64,000 bases of DNA from the human T2T-CHM13v2.0 reference genome, Homo sapiens: NCBI RefSeq assembly GCF_009914755.1, contig NC_060936.1; one strand, 5' to 3'. This document shows positions 59,705 through 64,000 of this stretch, piece after piece (position 1 is the first letter of the stretch; every line of letters starts with the position of its first letter). The notes below the pieces were generated by a model. The model did not search any database. It was not told the origin of the DNA and saw only the letters and a list, made by a program, of their open reading frames with translations. The translations under genes and the position numbers were made by a program.

Positions 59705-60219
59705 GTTCACTTTATTTACTACTAAGTTCAAGTATGCACAATTGATGTATGTGTGCATAAAAATAAAGTGACACTTTTACATTACACACAATTTAAAAGC
59801 AATGTTAAGTCAAATTTATTAAATTGACCATTATAATATGATGGAATTATACGTTTAAAATTTAAAACTATTCTTACAGTGTAGTTAATTATTAGAACTC
59901 CAAGCAACCAAGCTCTTGCTTATATTCAAATCAAACAGGTGAACTCAAAACTGACTTTTGTTTTATCTTATCTACTGACAAGTTTCGTGGGCTCAGGGTC
60001 TGCTGGCTTCAGAAAGAATTACAGGTTTGCTCTCGGCCAAATGACTCTATAATCGATGTTGACTGCTTAATTCTGAACTACATCAGTAGCTAACCACTGA
60101 TGATGAAATGCCCAGATTTGGTTTATTTTCTTTACTGTTTACATACTGTAGAATAAACATTTGGGCAAGAAATACAGATACTAAAGGACCTCAAGAAATT
60201 TTCAAAATATAGTACACCT

Positions 60220-60338
60220 GCCAGGCACAGTGGCTCAGGCCTGTAATCCCAGCACTCAGGGAGGCCGAGGCAGGGCAGGGGTGAATCATTTGAGCCCAGG
60301 GGACACAGCAACACCTTGTCTCAAAAAAAAAAAAAAAA
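60220..60338 (+). mobile_element. Short Alu/FLAM with internal deletion
   Basis: Alu start joined to Alu end plus poly-A. Confidence 0.8.
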
Positions 60339-62486
60339 GAGGGAAAGTGAGAAAAAGAAAGAATGAATGAATGATTACCAGAGCCACAGAAATTTAGCAT
60401 GCTCCTGCTTCTTGAAAGTCTACTTAGATCCCAATTCATAATGGGTGTGTCCTGAAGTTTCAATTGTAAGTCAACGATTTGGAATCCAGAAAGTTGTTGT
60501 GCTACAGGAACAACATTAAGTACATTAGCTAGGTTCCCGGCTTGTCCACAGCAGCTGATATCACATTAATTTATACTTCCTCTCAGAGCTGACTCATTTC
60601 CGTTATTCTCTGGGACTCCCTTCTAAAATGTTTCCATCAAATTTTTCATTAAATGACTTTTGTGGCCTAACCGATATAAACAATGATCCTACTTGCTACA
60701 TGTCACTATGAAAACAAACTGCAGCGCAAAGCAAGAAAGGAAGAATAATTGAGATTACTTATATCTCTAGAGAAGGATGGACCTCACTAGGTTGTTCATA
60801 TTCATAGACAGGATATTAAAGTTACAGATCCTAAACCATGAAAAATGAATATACAAAAACTATTTCCAAGAAGAAAATCACAGCAACTTGTACCTTAAAG
60901 GTTATGGATTGGCTAAAAGAGACCACACACTGGTTCACCTCCTTTAAATCCCCAATTATTTCACCAATACTACAGAACTTAACAGAAGCCAGGTGATTAC
61001 CCAGAGCCACAGAACAGGCACACAGGCAGTTTCTCTTTGCTTGGCCTTTCCTTTGCCCCTGTGTTCCATACACAGCACACAAGAAAGGATTCTGACTGAG
61101 CTGAGAAATTCCTGCTATTTCACTGCCCCAACAGCTTAACTCACAGCCCTGAAATACTCACACCATTAACTCATGTGATTCCATTTAAAAGAATGTTTCA
61201 CAAAAACCTTTCCTCATTACTAAATGAAACTCAGCCATCACCGATAAAGTCCACATCCTAATTTTGGATGAGAAGTAAGGGTGGTGCCCAACTACTCCTC
61301 AAATTTCCCCCATCTCTTGTCCTTCACTGTCCCAAAGGGCCCAGCTCCCAACAGTTCGACCCTGATAGTGAACTGAGATCCCATTTCTGAAATTCTGGGT
61401 GATTCCAAAACTGAGTTTGGTCTGAGAATCTTTGTCCCAAATCTATTTCCTCACAAAAAAATTCCCTAAAGAAAAAGCTTACCCCAAAACATAAAATCTT
61501 GGCTCAAAGCATGCTCAATATAAGTTCTGCATGTTTGTGGTTAATCAATGTGGCTAATACAACTAATAGCTGACCTACTGTAGTTTTTACTATGAATTCA
61601 GAGTACATTTTCTGAAACTCCAACTACTTTATGCAAACATTTTTAAAGATTAACTGAGATAACACGTAAAGGTGCTTAAAATAGTGTCTCTGGCAGAGAA
61701 TATGTTCCATAAAAGTGAGTGGGTTTTGTTTTCCCAAAAGGTAAGTCATCTGGGCACTGAATCTGATATGCAATTAGCAACATGAAATAACCTCTCTCTG
61801 GCTGCTGTACATTACCGTATCTAAGGAATTTAACTTATCTGCTATCTAATAATCAAAATTTATGCTACAACACCGCTTCAAGTTGCACTTCACTGCATCA
61901 CTTGTACTGTTTCTGTCCCATGGTTGCTCCACTTAATTCATCCCATACCACTTATAAGGTAATTACGTGTATCTGTGCATCTCACAAAATACGCACATAC
62001 TCTGTTGTCAGTACACTGACTTCACATTATGATCCTATTTTCTTCATATGGCCATTTAAATAAAACTGGCTTATCCAACATCACCTTCTTCAGAACAACA
62101 AATTAATATCTGCCTCATACCAAACAGGGTAGCGAAACTTCCACCTACCATCTATTGTTTGATAAGGCAATGCCAATGTCAACCAAACCAATAATAATCC
62201 TAAATGGCAGATGGAAATCCTTAACAAGGAATCCTGATACTCAATCTCTATGCACATCACTATATATCCTTAAGAAAAGGACTCCATGGTGTGCATACAA
62301 AGATTTCCTCATCACAGGCTGAAAAGCAACCTAGAACAGGTATTCTGGAACCGAGCCCAGGGGAGGCGGATGCTTGGCCTAGCTCATCTAAAAAGTACCT
62401 TCCAGTACTAAAATTCTAGGCTTTCCTGCTTCTATACAGTTGTTAAAATAAATGGCATACAGTTCCTCAGCAGTTGCTTCAAGCGC

Positions 62487-62654
62487 TTTTTTTTCTTTTC
62501 TCTTTGAGACAAGGTCTCACTCTGTCATTCAGGCTGGAGTGCAGTGGTGCGATCATAGCTCACTACAGCCTCAAACTCCTGGGTGCAAGTGATCCTCCCA
62601 CCTCAGCCTCCAAGGAGCTAGGACTACAGGCACATGCACCACACTCAACTCTAT

Positions 62655-62697
<43 letters not shown>

Positions 62698-62826
62698 TTT
62701 TAAATTTTTGTAGAGTCTTGCTAAGTAGCCTTGGCTGGTCTTGAACTCCTGGCCTCAAGCAATTCTCCTGCCTTGGTCTCCCCAAGCGCTGGAACTAAAT
62801 CTAGGTGACAGCCACTGTGCCTGGCC
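62487..62826 (-). mobile_element. AluJ-like with linker expanded into (TTTA)n
   Basis: Reverse Alu; about 11 TTTA units at ~62653-62700. Confidence 0.92.
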
Positions 62827-63002
62827 TCAAGCACATTTTTAGTCTAAGCCTCATGAAGTTTAAAAAAAAATCCCCACACATAGAGGCATGCTTTAATCGT
62901 ATGTTCCAGGTTCTCTGCAATAAATAAACCAAATAAACCAAATTCTTTTCTATTTGTGACCCCAAAAAGTTTTTAAAATTCACTAGCAAACAGACTTTAA
63001 AT

Positions 63003-63550
<548 letters not shown>

Positions 63551-63579
63551 CTTTAAATCTTGATTAAATTCCCTAAATA

Positions 63580-63914
<335 letters not shown>

Positions 63915-64000
63915 TCAACTCATCATGAAGAGTTTAAGTATACACAAAAAACTACCAAATATTTATCTAGTAAAACAAAAACAACTACTCAAATATTTAT

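Noticed and set aside
60035-60110. Possible C/D-box snoRNA (ATGA...CTGA, TGATGA motifs)
   Set aside because: Boxes are not in a canonical C...D order with a terminal stem, and there is no match to a snoRNA I recognise.

Overview
Primate (human-like) genomic DNA lying entirely inside MED13L (Mediator kinase-module subunit 13-like), which is transcribed on the minus strand. There are only two coding exons: 28388-28472 (85 nt, [28 protein letters not shown]) and 13670-13753 (84 nt, [27 protein letters not shown]). They splice in frame; from memory they are exons 3 and 4. The rest is intron: about 35 Alu/FLAM copies, old L1/L2/MIR, MLT1/MER21/LTR33 LTRs, MER20/MER30/Tigger DNA transposons and microsatellites. 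The supplied ORF track looks spurious throughout (mostly Alu or low complexity) and misses both exons. The best non-annotation signals are: (i) a well-formed candidate poison exon with a neighbouring splice-site cluster at 1090-1383; (ii) a near-perfect 150-nt fold-back hairpin at an LTR/L1 junction (33806-33955); (iii) a ~140-nt CU-microsatellite pyrimidine tract feeding a frameshifting cryptic exon (40932-41040) beside a repeat-poor, TGACAG-rich block; (iv) three AG|GTRAGT recursive-splice-like motifs (56331-57085); (v) inverted Alus bracketing the symmetric, weak-acceptor exon 4. Together these suggest, but do not show, a hidden splicing-based dosage-control layer in a haploinsufficient gene. 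Repeat family names come from recalled consensus sequences and repeat boundaries are approximate.
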